Assembly: GCA_023248595.1 (NCBI GenBank)
Contig: JAHFEG010000003.1
Coordinates: forward strand, 42,051-106,050
Direction: 5' to 3'
Length of the DNA: 64,000 nucleotides
Source: Myxococcales bacterium
GTDB lineage: Bacteria > Myxococcota > UBA727 > JABDBI01
Shown: piece by piece, positions 20,426 through 30,527 of the stretch
Numbering within the stretch: position 1 is the first letter of the stretch
Layout of the letters: each line of letters begins with the position of its first letter
The notes under the pieces: generated by a model
What the model saw: only the letters and a program-made list of their open reading frames with translations
Databases searched by the model: none
What the model was told of the DNA's origin: nothing
Translations under genes and position numbers: made by a program

Positions 20426-21598
20426 ATGAGAATAACTGCCCTCGACATTCCTCCTGCTGCTTCTAATCGTATTCCTCTTGAAAAAGCTGAATTGGATAGG
20501 TTATCAGAAACAACCGTTGAAGCGGATGCATATGAACATATTTCATCTCCAGAAATCGATTCTTTTCATTTTAAAGAAACTTGTGATCAGCGCATGGCAG
20601 ATGATACTAGGCCAGAGCCTAAAATTTTAGCACAAATATTGGCGCGCCTTTTTGGGCAGAAACCAATGCGGCAAATTTCTAATTTTTTCTCTAGCTTTGG
20701 TTTAGGAATTTTTTTTGATGCCCATCGAGATTATGCAGTTCTACCGACCAGTTGTGTGATTAAAACGAGTCAGGGTCTGCCCTTAAAAATCAAAGGTCAA
20801 GAGCAGACAGCACAATCTTTTGCGGAACAATTTAAACCTCAATTTTTAACAATTAGTCCAATTCAAGCCGTTGATAAAACGATCCAAGTAAAAGAGATGC
20901 GCTATGAAATCTTACCGCCTAGCCAGGGAAAATCTCACTATACAATTATTTACTACGTGAGAAGAAAAAGTGAGTCGCTTCCTGTTCCTATTCTCGGAAA
21001 ACTATATGATTGGATACGTCCTATTCTGTATGGCTCCAAAGAAGACTGGGAACCTATTCAAATCAATGTTCATCGAGATACCGGTGAGCCAGAAGCAATC
21101 GTTTATGAAACATCTAACTATACGGGCAGTGCCGGGACCTTTGATTTGGTCAGCCCTAAGAATTTACATTTATCTACTAAAATCATGAAACAAAAAAACG
21201 GCAGTTGGAGACATTCTGTTTATCAGAAGGATGGCAATGTAAAATCTGTTGATATTGAAAATCCTTTTCATGACAATCAGCTAGAAATGATTTTTGTCTC
21301 GTGGAATGGTTTATACGATGTCAGACAAATGGTGGAAAAACGGGGCTATCAAACCAATATCAACATAGGCCAGCCCAGCCTGTATGAATTGCCACAGGCG
21401 CCACTTGCCTTTCTAGACATTGATACTTATTGCGATAATGGCATTGATTTACGAGCACCTTGGCTTAATGATCGCAAAAAAGGCCGATCTGTGATGCAAA
21501 TGCCTGCCAGAAAAACCCATTTGATGAGCCAAAAAATGAACCTGATTGGCAGCCGAATGCCCTTGATTGTACAGGGTATTGAAGAGCAACCCGTCTAG
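20426..21598 (+). CDS. Hypothetical protein, no recognisable domain
   Basis: Long ORF; first ATG 20426 (longer TTG-initiated ORF from 20381 overlaps menE stop). Confidence 0.45.
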   Translation: MRITALDIPPAASNRIPLEKAELDRLSETTVEADAYEHISSPEIDSFHFKETCDQRMADDTRPEPKILAQILARLFGQKPMRQISNFFSSFGLGIFFDAHRDYAVLPTSCVIKTSQGLPLKIKGQEQTAQSFAEQFKPQFLTISPIQAVDKTIQVKEMRYEILPPSQGKSHYTIIYYVRRKSESLPVPILGKLYDWIRPILYGSKEDWEPIQINVHRDTGEPEAIVYETSNYTGSAGTFDLVSPKNLHLSTKIMKQKNGSWRHSVYQKDGNVKSVDIENPFHDNQLEMIFVSWNGLYDVRQMVEKRGYQTNINIGQPSLYELPQAPLAFLDIDTYCDNGIDLRAPWLNDRKKGRSVMQMPARKTHLMSQKMNLIGSRMPLIVQGIEEQPV

Positions 21599-21811
21599 AC
21601 AGGACATTTTTGTCATAGTCTGTACGTGGGCTTTTAAGAGGCATTATAAAAAAATAGAACAAGTTAGAATGGCGTTCTAATCAGATATTGTGTCGTTAGT
21701 TTACTGAATTTCATGACCCAATTAAAACCGTAAAGTTGATGAGTGGTACTAGATCAAGTTATTCTTCTTGGCAGATAGAGGGAAATCCCCTCTGCGTTTA
21801 AGGAGGAAATA

Positions 21812-23914
21812 ATGAGAAATGGTAGGAACACAGGTTTAAGAAACCTTTTGAGTGTAAAGACTGCGATCTTTACCGGGCTTTTGGCTGGTGCCATGGCATT
21901 GACTGCATGTAGTGGTCCGGGAACTGCAGGCCGAGACGGTAGAGACGGTAAAGATGGCACCGGTGGCGGTGGCGGTGGCGGTGGCGGCGGTAGTGGTAGT
22001 GGTTTAGAATCGATATCTGCTGGTAAGCATTGCACAGAATTTACCTTTAATGGCATTGCGGAAGGAACAGAAACAGGAGCCAATAGAAGGAAATTTGCTG
22101 TTATTGCTATAAATGAGAGAGGCGGTACAGTACCTGATAAAGCATTGGATGATCAATATTCAGACAGCAAAGGCTGTGTTGATTTAAAAATCATTAAGGG
22201 TCACTTGAATAAGGTTACGGTTACCAAATCAACTGGTTCAAATGAAAATTTCTCATTTTTTGTTAATGGTAGCGATGTTGTAGCTGCAGAGCGGATTGTT
22301 AATCTGACTGCGAATGATGTTACCGAGTATCTTCTGAGAATGGCAAATATCAGTATTTATGATGTAAATAAAATTCCGAACATCGTTCTGGGAGAACTGT
22401 ATGATTCCATGCGTAAATGTTCTGATTTAGCCGATGATCATGAGAGTGGCTATTTAGGTGCGGGAACTAAATTGGGAGCGGGTATACATAGTATTGTTAA
22501 ATGCTTACAAGCTAATCCAACGCTAATGAAAAAATTGGCAACAAAAGCACATATATTTAAACCTAGCGATGGAAAATTTGCTGGGCGTGATTTGGATGAT
22601 AGTGGAACATCCCTAACGAGTAACGCTAGCTTTTTAGGTAATAGTGGTACTGCAAGTTTCGGGGACGGCAATTTTTCGATTGTCGCCGCGACTGCTGGTG
22701 GAAGTTGCACATTAGATCGAATTATGCTTGCTAATGACATGAATGTGACCTACCAAATCGCCGGCAATCTGATACTTCAAAACCAAGTTGTTAATAGTTG
22801 TACAAGGACTAATTTTGATGACAAATATGATGGCATTCATGGTGTAGAGACCATAGGCTCTCTTGGTATGGAGGCTCATTATGGATTCGTGCTTTTGTCT
22901 AGAGGCGAGGATAATACTGGTGATGCGGGTACTTTTGAGTATATTACTGCTGGTATAGCCTATTTTGGTGCTAAAGGCAATAGCGATAGCTATGACTGGA
23001 ACCTTACGACGGGAGATTATCAAGATTACAATTTGAGTAATTTCTACCCGGGTACAAATACGTTGCTAATGGTTGACAATATGGATGAGGATTCTTTTGT
23101 CACCGCAGTAACAACTCCTACTGATGGTATGGGTCCTGTTGTTGACGAACATACTACGTGGATGATATTCCAGGCCGCAACTTCAGCTACAGTATTTGCA
23201 AGCGCTACAGCTCCAGCAACTTATTATGATGATGCTCTTACGGCGACCGCAAATGCATCCCTGTTCCAAGAATGTAATCCTTCGGAAGCAGTTAAATTCA
23301 CCATTGCTGGCTATACTGCAAATCCTACGACTCAATTGATCGTTAGGCAACAAGTAACAGATTCTTATGAATTTGGTGTCGAAAATGAAAATAACTTCCG
23401 ATTAATTGCTGGTAGCATGCTCATGACATTTTTGAGTGTTGCCGAACCTGATTCTATCGGAGCAGTTGCAGAAGCAGCTATGGATAGAATTGAAGCTGAT
23501 CCTGTTTTAAGTTTACTCATAGATAGACGCGACATATTGACCAGTGGCGGTGCTGTGAGTATTCCTCCAGTTGCCTTGTTGCAGATGATTGCAAGAACAG
23601 GTGCGCTTTGTGTGCCGGAAGTTGTTGCTTTGGGTGGTGGCTCTATGACAGAAGTAGGCGATGATATGTTGCCAGTTGAATTGGATAGTGATGGTAAGAT
23701 TGCTAGTGTCATTACCTGGCCAGGTTCTAGTCGACCTAACCATATTTTCTCTGGTGTAGCACCCCATAGCAAGTGTGTTAGCTCTTGTTCGACTAACCAA
23801 GATGATATTTATTCTAACTTAACTGGTATTTGTGCTAGTTACTGCGCTGATCCTGCAGTGAAAGAAGTTAGCGCAACTGTTGGTTCGATTGTGCATAAAG
23901 CTACTGCACAGTAG
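21812..23914 (+). CDS. Hypothetical lipoprotein with short collagen-like GXY/poly-Gly linker and large Cys-containing C-terminal domain
   Basis: Lipobox ALTAC; GPGTAGRDGRDGKDGTGGGGGGGGGGSGSG; strong RBS AAGGAGG. Confidence 0.55.
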   Translation: MRNGRNTGLRNLLSVKTAIFTGLLAGAMALTACSGPGTAGRDGRDGKDGTGGGGGGGGGGSGSGLESISAGKHCTEFTFNGIAEGTETGANRRKFAVIAINERGGTVPDKALDDQYSDSKGCVDLKIIKGHLNKVTVTKSTGSNENFSFFVNGSDVVAAERIVNLTANDVTEYLLRMANISIYDVNKIPNIVLGELYDSMRKCSDLADDHESGYLGAGTKLGAGIHSIVKCLQANPTLMKKLATKAHIFKPSDGKFAGRDLDDSGTSLTSNASFLGNSGTASFGDGNFSIVAATAGGSCTLDRIMLANDMNVTYQIAGNLILQNQVVNSCTRTNFDDKYDGIHGVETIGSLGMEAHYGFVLLSRGEDNTGDAGTFEYITAGIAYFGAKGNSDSYDWNLTTGDYQDYNLSNFYPGTNTLLMVDNMDEDSFVTAVTTPTDGMGPVVDEHTTWMIFQAATSATVFASATAPATYYDDALTATANASLFQECNPSEAVKFTIAGYTANPTTQLIVRQQVTDSYEFGVENENNFRLIAGSMLMTFLSVAEPDSIGAVAEAAMDRIEADPVLSLLIDRRDILTSGGAVSIPPVALLQMIARTGALCVPEVVALGGGSMTEVGDDMLPVELDSDGKIASVITWPGSSRPNHIFSGVAPHSKCVSSCSTNQDDIYSNLTGICASYCADPAVKEVSATVGSIVHKATAQ
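21959..22003 (+). repeat. Trinucleotide (GGN)n simple-sequence repeat inside lipoprotein gene
   Basis: ggtggcggtggcggtggcggtggcggcggtagtggtagtggt. Confidence 0.7.
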
Positions 23915-23957
23915 AATAAGTTAGTAAGGCGTTGATTCGTCAACGTTGTTAAAATGA

Positions 23958-23988
23958 AGCCCGCGTGTGACCCACGCGGGTTTTTTAT
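23958..23988 (+). terminator. Rho-independent terminator after lipoprotein gene
   Basis: GC hairpin cccgcgtg-tgac-cacgcggg followed by TTTTTT. Confidence 0.6.
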
Positions 23989-24027
23989 TGGCGATAAAGC
24001 ATTGCTGCGGTAATGGACTTGGCCAAG

Positions 24028-24056
24028 TTGTCAAATTCGAGATATGCTCTTATAAG
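24028..24056 (+). promoter_or_regulatory. Candidate sigma70 promoter for rseP (TTGTCA-17-TATAAG)
   Basis: Sequence match and spacing, ~28 nt upstream of rseP start. Confidence 0.35.
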
Positions 24057-24083
24057 TGAAGTTCAAATTCAATTTGGCGGAGA

Positions 24084-25850
24084 TTGACGCAGATGATGGG
24101 AATTATATCAGGTCTAGTGTTGCTTTGTGTTTTAGTGGTGGTGCATGAGCTTGGGCATTTTCTTTTTGCCAAAGCTTTAGGTGTGCGCGTTTTAACATTT
24201 TCCATCGGCTTTGGTCCCAGGCTTTTTGGCTTTAAGCGTGGCGAGACAGAATACCGTTTTAGTGCGGTTTTGCTTGGTGGCTACGTCAAGATGTATGGCG
24301 AGTCTTTAACTGATGTTGTAAGTGATGAAGATAAAAAGCATAGCTTTATGCACCAACCGGTTTGGAAGAAATCGCTTATTGCTTTTGCTGGACCTTTATT
24401 TAATTTTATTTTGCCAGTTTTATTGTTCTTCTTCGTTTTGTTGGGCAGTGAAACAGTGCTTTTACCAGTTGCCGGTGTGGTGTTACCGGATCAGGCCGCA
24501 GCGAAGGCAGGTTTGCAACAAGGTGATCGAATTTTAGCGGTTGACGGTCAAGTCGTAGGAACATTTACTGAAGTTGTGAAGAAAGTATCTGCTAAACCTG
24601 AGCAACCCATTCAATTAGAAATCGAGCGTTTAAATGCTGCTGGTACCAAAGAGCATTTGCAATTAACCGTCGTGCCAACAGCAGAACCAAATTCCCATCC
24701 GCTTTATCAAGGTGAATCTATTGGACGTATGGGCATGATGCCAGCCATTCAAAAACCTATAATAGCGGTGGTTCACCCTGAAAGTATAGCTGCGAAAGCA
24801 GGTCTTCTCAATTTTGACGAAGTTATCGAAATTGATGGCAAAGCGATTGCGTCCGCAAAAGAATTATTTGACCGGTTGCAACAAAATCCTCATCAAGCTT
24901 TTCAATTGAAGATCAAACGCTTGTTGCCAGAGGGAAAAGCAACAATGCTGTCGATTTTATTGCCAGCGAGTTCAGAAATTTTGCCCAGTTTTAAATTGAA
25001 TACACAAATCAAACGTTATGCTGTGACAGAAGATGAGCTCGAAGATGCTTCTTTTCAAAAACAAATTAAACAAACTGCTGTATTGATGCGTACGGTGCAA
25101 GCACAAGTTGGATTGCAACGTGGTTTAGCATTTGTGGACGGAACATTGGCTGGCGTTGATCCAAATAGTACGGCAAGTGAATTAGGTTTAATAACTGGTG
25201 ATCGTTTGGTTGCCGTCGATGGAAAACCTGTATCTGCTTGGGTAGAAGTTTATAGAATATTTGAGCAGACACCCGATGAGCACCATGTGGCGGCTATTGT
25301 GCGTGGTGATACATACTTTTTAGCAGCATTTCGTTTAAAGCCTGCTCCGAAGGCAGATTCTCAATTTGCACCACCAGCTGGAAAAGTTTTTGGTGAACAA
25401 ATTGTTCAAGCTTATGCAGAGGGCCCCGTGGAAGTTCGACAAGTTGGTTTTTTTGAAGCATTACGACGCTCGATTGAACGCACTGCGGATTTAATTTGGA
25501 TGACCTTAAAATCATTGTGGATGTTAGTGAGTTTTAAAGTGCCAGTCTCGCAACTTGGTGGGCCAATCATGATTTTTGGTGTGGCGGGGCAGGCTGCTGC
25601 GCAGGGGATTGCATTTTATATTTATGTGATGTCGCTGGTCAGTGTTAATTTAGGTTTGCTCAACCTTTTACCAATTCCTGTATTGGATGGCGGACATCTA
25701 CTGATGTTTGGCATTGAAGCTGTGCAGCGTCGGCCATTAAGTTTAAAAACCAGACAAATAGCAATGCAAATTGGTTTAATGTTTATTTTGGCTTTGACGG
25801 CAATTGCTTTGTTTAATGACTTTTCCCGGCTGTTTAATACAGCCGGATAA
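24084..25850 (+). CDS. rseP: RIP site-2 zinc metalloprotease RseP with multiple PDZ domains
   Basis: HELGHF zinc motif in first TM; PDZ-like segments; C-terminal LDGGH motif. Confidence 0.8.
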   Translation: MTQMMGIISGLVLLCVLVVVHELGHFLFAKALGVRVLTFSIGFGPRLFGFKRGETEYRFSAVLLGGYVKMYGESLTDVVSDEDKKHSFMHQPVWKKSLIAFAGPLFNFILPVLLFFFVLLGSETVLLPVAGVVLPDQAAAKAGLQQGDRILAVDGQVVGTFTEVVKKVSAKPEQPIQLEIERLNAAGTKEHLQLTVVPTAEPNSHPLYQGESIGRMGMMPAIQKPIIAVVHPESIAAKAGLLNFDEVIEIDGKAIASAKELFDRLQQNPHQAFQLKIKRLLPEGKATMLSILLPASSEILPSFKLNTQIKRYAVTEDELEDASFQKQIKQTAVLMRTVQAQVGLQRGLAFVDGTLAGVDPNSTASELGLITGDRLVAVDGKPVSAWVEVYRIFEQTPDEHHVAAIVRGDTYFLAAFRLKPAPKADSQFAPPAGKVFGEQIVQAYAEGPVEVRQVGFFEALRRSIERTADLIWMTLKSLWMLVSFKVPVSQLGGPIMIFGVAGQAAAQGIAFYIYVMSLVSVNLGLLNLLPIPVLDGGHLLMFGIEAVQRRPLSLKTRQIAMQIGLMFILALTAIALFNDFSRLFNTAG

Positions 25851-25865
25851 AATCACATCAGAATA

Positions 25866-26789
25866 TTAAAGTTCTGATTTTTGGGAAGTTTTCCAGAGAT
25901 TTTGGCAATATTTTTGAAAATGACCAAGACCATCCATGATTATTCTTGCAGGTGGGGTAAGGGCATAAGTCACAATCGTATTAAAAGCAAAATATGAAAC
26001 AACTGACGAAGTAAAGTTAAAAATATGGATTCCTGCGCGGCGTAAATAACTGGAACCTGGTAAAATATTCTGTTGGGCATTGCTCCAAAAAGATTTTTTG
26101 TGGTCTTGTTTGATGGCTGGAAACAGATAATTAATGCCCCCAAACATCTTTCCTAAAATGTAATCATAAGTCCCAGTTTTTTTAATCAAAAAATAACTTA
26201 ATACGTCGTTAAATGCAACTTTTGGAGTAGCCTCTACCACGGCGCTGCCAAACCAATGAGACTTAAAGTGGATGAAGAAGTATTCTTCAAATGAAAGGTT
26301 CGTCTTCGCTTTTTGCCATTCTTGACCTGCTAGAATAATCGCTCTGCTTAAAACATCAGAGCCATAATTGGCAATATGGCCGGCAGTATCGGCTTCTAAT
26401 CCGTACTTGGTTAAACTGTAAATTTGACTAAGTTTCGCGAGGACTTTTACCAACTGGCTATGGACATTGTAGAAGTCATAAGTGTGCTCTGTTCCACCAA
26501 CTTGAATGGAATGATACGCCTTGCTTATGGTTGGAATAATTTTCATGGCATCTCTTAAGACTGCTCCAGATGCGGGATCTTTTTTTAATTTGACGACATA
26601 GTCTTGTAACAATGCATCCAAAATTGAAAGCGATGAAGCGTCTATCAAGACCTCGCCTGCATTTGGAATTCGTTTTACCGCAAAAGTATAGAAGTCAAAG
26701 GAAAGATCGACTTCTTCTATTTTATTGGCGACGGACAAATTAGAAAACACTAAAGAAATCAATAGAAAAACAGTGAAAAAGCGCGTCAT
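25866..26789 (-). CDS. Hypothetical secreted protein (start at internal Met with signal peptide)
   Basis: MTRFFTVFLLISLVFSNLSVA signal peptide; no domain recognised. Confidence 0.45.
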   Translation of the reverse strand: MTRFFTVFLLISLVFSNLSVANKIEEVDLSFDFYTFAVKRIPNAGEVLIDASSLSILDALLQDYVVKLKKDPASGAVLRDAMKIIPTISKAYHSIQVGGTEHTYDFYNVHSQLVKVLAKLSQIYSLTKYGLEADTAGHIANYGSDVLSRAIILAGQEWQKAKTNLSFEEYFFIHFKSHWFGSAVVEATPKVAFNDVLSYFLIKKTGTYDYILGKMFGGINYLFPAIKQDHKKSFWSNAQQNILPGSSYLRRAGIHIFNFTSSVVSYFAFNTIVTYALTPPARIIMDGLGHFQKYCQNLWKTSQKSEL

Positions 26790-26928
26790 ATTGTACTGTC
26801 CTATGTGTAAAATAAAATATTTTAGTGAGAATAAGAGTTTAAGTATCCAATAATAAATTATAGTCAAGCATTTCATCTCGCCAATAACTCGATCTTAGCG
26901 GTATCACTTTAAGTTAAGATATTAGGAG

Positions 26929-27504
26929 TTGCAGATGATAAATCCCGTCAGCAAATTTTTTTCCACAGGCCCAAGTAAAGCTATTGTATCTGCTCCAGCT
27001 GAATCTGAAATTGTAACTATACCGCGACGGGAAAACCCGTATGAAGATGATCAGTTTTTATACAATTCAGGAACATTTGCTTTTGATGCACGGCTTAAAA
27101 GCAATCAAGAAGCAGGAAGAATAGCTGATACCATTTGGTCGGTTGTCTCGCCTTTGACACGAAGATCGTGTTCTTCTGAAGAAAAACTAGCATATCTTTT
27201 ATTTGCAATTACCAATGGATCTGAGCGTCATAAAAAAAGAAAAATGGAAGAGTTAAGACTTATTGGAAAACAAGACACTGAATTACAAAAAAGGCGTGAA
27301 GAGAATTCAAAACAAACAACTGCACAAACTGCCGTTGTTGAAGAGAGACTTAAGGGTGAGCAAGATGTTCTTAAAACGCATGATAGAAAAATAAACGACG
27401 AGCTGCAGCAAATCAGCCAGCGAGCTGTACAAGAAACACAAATACTCAGCGGCTTAACCAGCTCACTGCATGAAGCTATTATGAGTGCAATGAGACAGGC
27501 CTGA
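26929..27504 (+). CDS. Hypothetical protein with C-terminal coiled coil
   Basis: ORF; charged heptad-like C-terminal region. Confidence 0.4.
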   Translation: MQMINPVSKFFSTGPSKAIVSAPAESEIVTIPRRENPYEDDQFLYNSGTFAFDARLKSNQEAGRIADTIWSVVSPLTRRSCSSEEKLAYLLFAITNGSERHKKRKMEELRLIGKQDTELQKRREENSKQTTAQTAVVEERLKGEQDVLKTHDRKINDELQQISQRAVQETQILSGLTSSLHEAIMSAMRQA

Positions 27505-27549
27505 GATAAAATGCCTCGAGTTAATCGAAGCATTTTATTTCTCAAGTAA

Positions 27550-28113
27550 TTATATACGGCTTCCTAAGAATGGAAAATCCAAGAAGCTGTCGTAGGCGGG
27601 GACAGAACTTGCCGCGTCTTCTGTGGGTCCCAAAATGGCATCTTGAATCTGCAGCAGAAGAGACATGTCTGCACCGGGAAGAGCTAAAAATTCCTCAAGA
27701 GTTTCTTCTAATAATTCCAGGTTGTTGATTGACAAATTCCCTTGTAAAATTTGTTCAATTGCCTCAAGGAGTTCAGAGAAAGTTTCCTGAAATACCTGAC
27801 TTTGTAGTTTTATTTGCAGTTGTTTTAGCTGCGCGATAGTCGTTGCACCTATTTCTACTTCTATTTCTGATCCAAAAGCTGAGGCTCCCATTTGATTGTA
27901 ACGTGCCAGTTCTTGTCTCGCTAAATCTACTAGTTCTTTATTTGGGCCATGCCGACGCGGAGTGCCATGTGAGCTTCTGGCATTTTTACCATCTTTTTTC
28001 GCTTGCTTGTATCTGTCATGTTTTCCTGCAAAAGCCATTGGTGTGCTGGCCAGTAGGAAAAGAAATCCTATCAATAAAAATGTTGACGATATAAGCCTAA
28101 CTGTTTTTCCCAT
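27550..28113 (-). CDS. Hypothetical secreted acidic protein
   Basis: Signal peptide LISSTFLLIGFLFLLASTPMAFA; acidic helical remainder. Confidence 0.45.
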   Translation of the reverse strand: MGKTVRLISSTFLLIGFLFLLASTPMAFAGKHDRYKQAKKDGKNARSSHGTPRRHGPNKELVDLARQELARYNQMGASAFGSEIEVEIGATTIAQLKQLQIKLQSQVFQETFSELLEAIEQILQGNLSINNLELLEETLEEFLALPGADMSLLLQIQDAILGPTEDAASSVPAYDSFLDFPFLGSRI

Positions 28114-28183
28114 TGAGGTTCTCCTGTATAGGTAAGTCTTGGCTTCTAGTGAAACAATTTCGCAGTGTCAATGATTGGAAATT

Positions 28184-28636
28184 TTAATTTGAACGCTTGC
28201 AGGGGCCTATTTTAAAGCACAGCCAGCTTATGAACGGCGCAAATAAAAGCTGTGAAAAAAATATAAGAAAGCTGACGAGCAGCAGGACGCTGATTGCAAT
28301 TTTATCTAAAAAAATGCTGAATCCCAAGAGCCAGAGTCCAAAAAAATAAAAAACAAAGCTGCAAGGAATGACGATGCTTATAGATGCAAGTTTTAAGGAG
28401 GTGCGTAAGTTTAACGGCTTTCGCGTTGTGTATATATAAGTCAGGCTCATCGTGGTTGCGGCAAAAATAAAAGAGAGAAGCACGGAACTCGCGCTTAAAA
28501 GATTGCTCAAAAGGGGAGAGCTGGCATTATAAAAAAATCCAACCCCCGATGTTGCGCCCCAAATACAGAGAAAGAGCGTCAAATAATAAATAAAGATTAA
28601 AGCAAAAGAATGAAACAGCAATTTGGGGATGAGCAT
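28184..28636 (-). CDS. Hypothetical integral membrane protein (about 4 TM)
   Basis: Hydrophobic segments throughout. Confidence 0.4.
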   Translation of the reverse strand: MLIPKLLFHSFALIFIYYLTLFLCIWGATSGVGFFYNASSPLLSNLLSASSVLLSFIFAATTMSLTYIYTTRKPLNLRTSLKLASISIVIPCSFVFYFFGLWLLGFSIFLDKIAISVLLLVSFLIFFSQLLFAPFISWLCFKIGPCKRSN

Positions 28637-28731
28637 AAGTACTTAGTTGCATTTGGCTGGGCACATAGTTCAAAATCTCTCCGCCCGGAATCTAGAGCAT
28701 CAACAAAAAACTGAAACAATACTTAGAGAGC

Positions 28732-29475
28732 TCAAGTGCTGGCAGGCATTTGGCGACTGATGACAATCTCATTAATCGTAACGTTTTCAACTGGTCTATC
28801 GTTTCGATCACGTGCGACGCGTGCAATCTTGCTAACTAAATCAATGTTTTCAATTACTTTCCCAAAAACACTGTGTCGATTATCGAGATGGGGTGTTGGT
28901 CCTTCTGTAATAAAAAACTGAGAACCATTGGTGTTGGGACCAGCATTGGCCATTGACATAATACCGACAGCGTTGTGCCTTAAAGAAGGATCAAATTCAT
29001 CTGAAAAATTATAGCCTGGGCCGCCAGTGCCATTTCCTAATGGATCGCCACCTTGGATCATGAAGTTAGGAATCACGCGGTGAAAAATTGTCCCTTGATA
29101 AAGAGGTCGTTTGACTTTTTCTTGTGTTTTAGGATCTGTCCACTCTTTGGTTCCTTCTGTCAGGCCAACAAAATTGGCCACAGTTTTTGGTGCTTTTTCC
29201 CAATAGAGTTCAACAATGAGATCGCCCATATTTGTTTTAATTGTGGCATATAATTTTTGACCTTTTTCTAGGCCGAATTCATTTTTTGTAGTCATTTCAT
29301 TTCCTTTTAAAGCGTTATCTTTTTTAACTTTGTTGCTAGAGCGTAAGACGTCAACTTTGCCTTCATAACGCATGGTATTGTCTTCGGTATTTTTGTTTTG
29401 ACGGTTGCAGGCTAGAAAAAGAGGCAGAAAGATCAAAAATAACAGAATACATTGGTTCAATTTTTTCATAAACAC
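28732..29475 (-). CDS. ppiB: Cyclophilin-type peptidyl-prolyl cis-trans isomerase, lipoprotein
   Basis: Cyclophilin motifs [32 protein letters not shown]; lipobox LACN. Confidence 0.8.
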   Translation of the reverse strand: MFMKKLNQCILLFLIFLPLFLACNRQNKNTEDNTMRYEGKVDVLRSSNKVKKDNALKGNEMTTKNEFGLEKGQKLYATIKTNMGDLIVELYWEKAPKTVANFVGLTEGTKEWTDPKTQEKVKRPLYQGTIFHRVIPNFMIQGGDPLGNGTGGPGYNFSDEFDPSLRHNAVGIMSMANAGPNTNGSQFFITEGPTPHLDNRHSVFGKVIENIDLVSKIARVARDRNDRPVENVTINEIVISRQMPAST

Positions 29476-29618
29476 CTCTACTTTTTGGCCAGGCTTGCTT
29501 TCTAGCTTGAACCTAAATATTTCTCAATAACAAAAGCAATATCAACTTTTAAGCCCGATTACTCTTTTAGTAAATTGGCGCGCATGCTAAGCCTTCGCAA
29601 ATTAGAAAAGGGAAATTC

Positions 29619-30527
29619 ATGCCTAAAGCAAAGACATTTCAAGATGTGATTTTGCGGCTACAAGATTTTTGGGCCAAACAAGGTTGCCTGATCTTGCAAC
29701 CGACAGACGTCGAAGTGGGTGCAGGCACACTCAATAAACACACATTCTTACGAGTGCTCGGGCCTGAGCCATGGTGTGCAGCCTATGTTGAGCCCTCGAG
29801 GCGACCGACCGATGGGCGTTATGGCGAAAATCCGAATCGCTTGCAGCATTATTACCAGTTTCAAGTGGTGCTAAAGCCTGCTCCTGGCGACGTCCAGAAT
29901 TTGTACTTAGATTCTTTGCGTGCTCTTGGGATGGACCCTGCGATGTTTGACGTTCGTTTTGTCGAGGACGATTGGGAGCATCCAGGTCTTGGTGCTTGGG
30001 GTCTTGGTTGGGAAGTTTGGGCGCAAGGCATGGAGGTCACCCAGTTTACTTATTTTCAACAATGCGGTGGCTTAGAGTTAGACCGCACTTGTGCAGAATT
30101 AACATATGGCTTGGAACGGCTCGCCATGTGTATTCAAGACGTCGATAATGTCTACGATTTAGTGTGGGCCATTTTACCTTCAGGCCAAAAAGTAACCTAT
30201 GGCGATGTCCATAAACAAGATGAATACGAATGGTCACATCACAATTTTACCCATGCAGATGTTGGCATGTATTTAAAACATTTCGATGATTACTATAATC
30301 AAGCACTGGCTTTACTCAAAGAAGAGTTGGTTTTGCCAGCTTACGATTATGCTTTAAAATGTAGCCATTTGTTTAATATCCTCGATGCCAGGGGCGCGAT
30401 TAGCGTCACAGAACGTGTAGATTATATTGGACGTATTCGAACTTTAACCAAAAACTGCGCAGAAACTTATTTAGAGTCCAGGCAGAAAAAAGGGTTTTCG
30501 ATGTTGAAAGGAAACGACCATGCCTGA
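29619..30527 (+). CDS. glyQ: Glycine--tRNA ligase alpha subunit
   Basis: Highly conserved GlyQ sequence ([17 protein letters not shown]...). Confidence 0.9.
   Translation: MPKAKTFQDVILRLQDFWAKQGCLILQPTDVEVGAGTLNKHTFLRVLGPEPWCAAYVEPSRRPTDGRYGENPNRLQHYYQFQVVLKPAPGDVQNLYLDSLRALGMDPAMFDVRFVEDDWEHPGLGAWGLGWEVWAQGMEVTQFTYFQQCGGLELDRTCAELTYGLERLAMCIQDVDNVYDLVWAILPSGQKVTYGDVHKQDEYEWSHHNFTHADVGMYLKHFDDYYNQALALLKEELVLPAYDYALKCSHLFNILDARGAISVTERVDYIGRIRTLTKNCAETYLESRQKKGFSMLKGNDHA

Noticed and set aside
21754-22083. Minus-strand ORF encoding a poly-proline tract (PPPPPPPPPPPVPSLPSLP)
   Set aside because: It is simply the antisense reading of the (GGN)n repeat inside the lipoprotein gene. It has no RBS and is fully embedded in a better-supported ORF.
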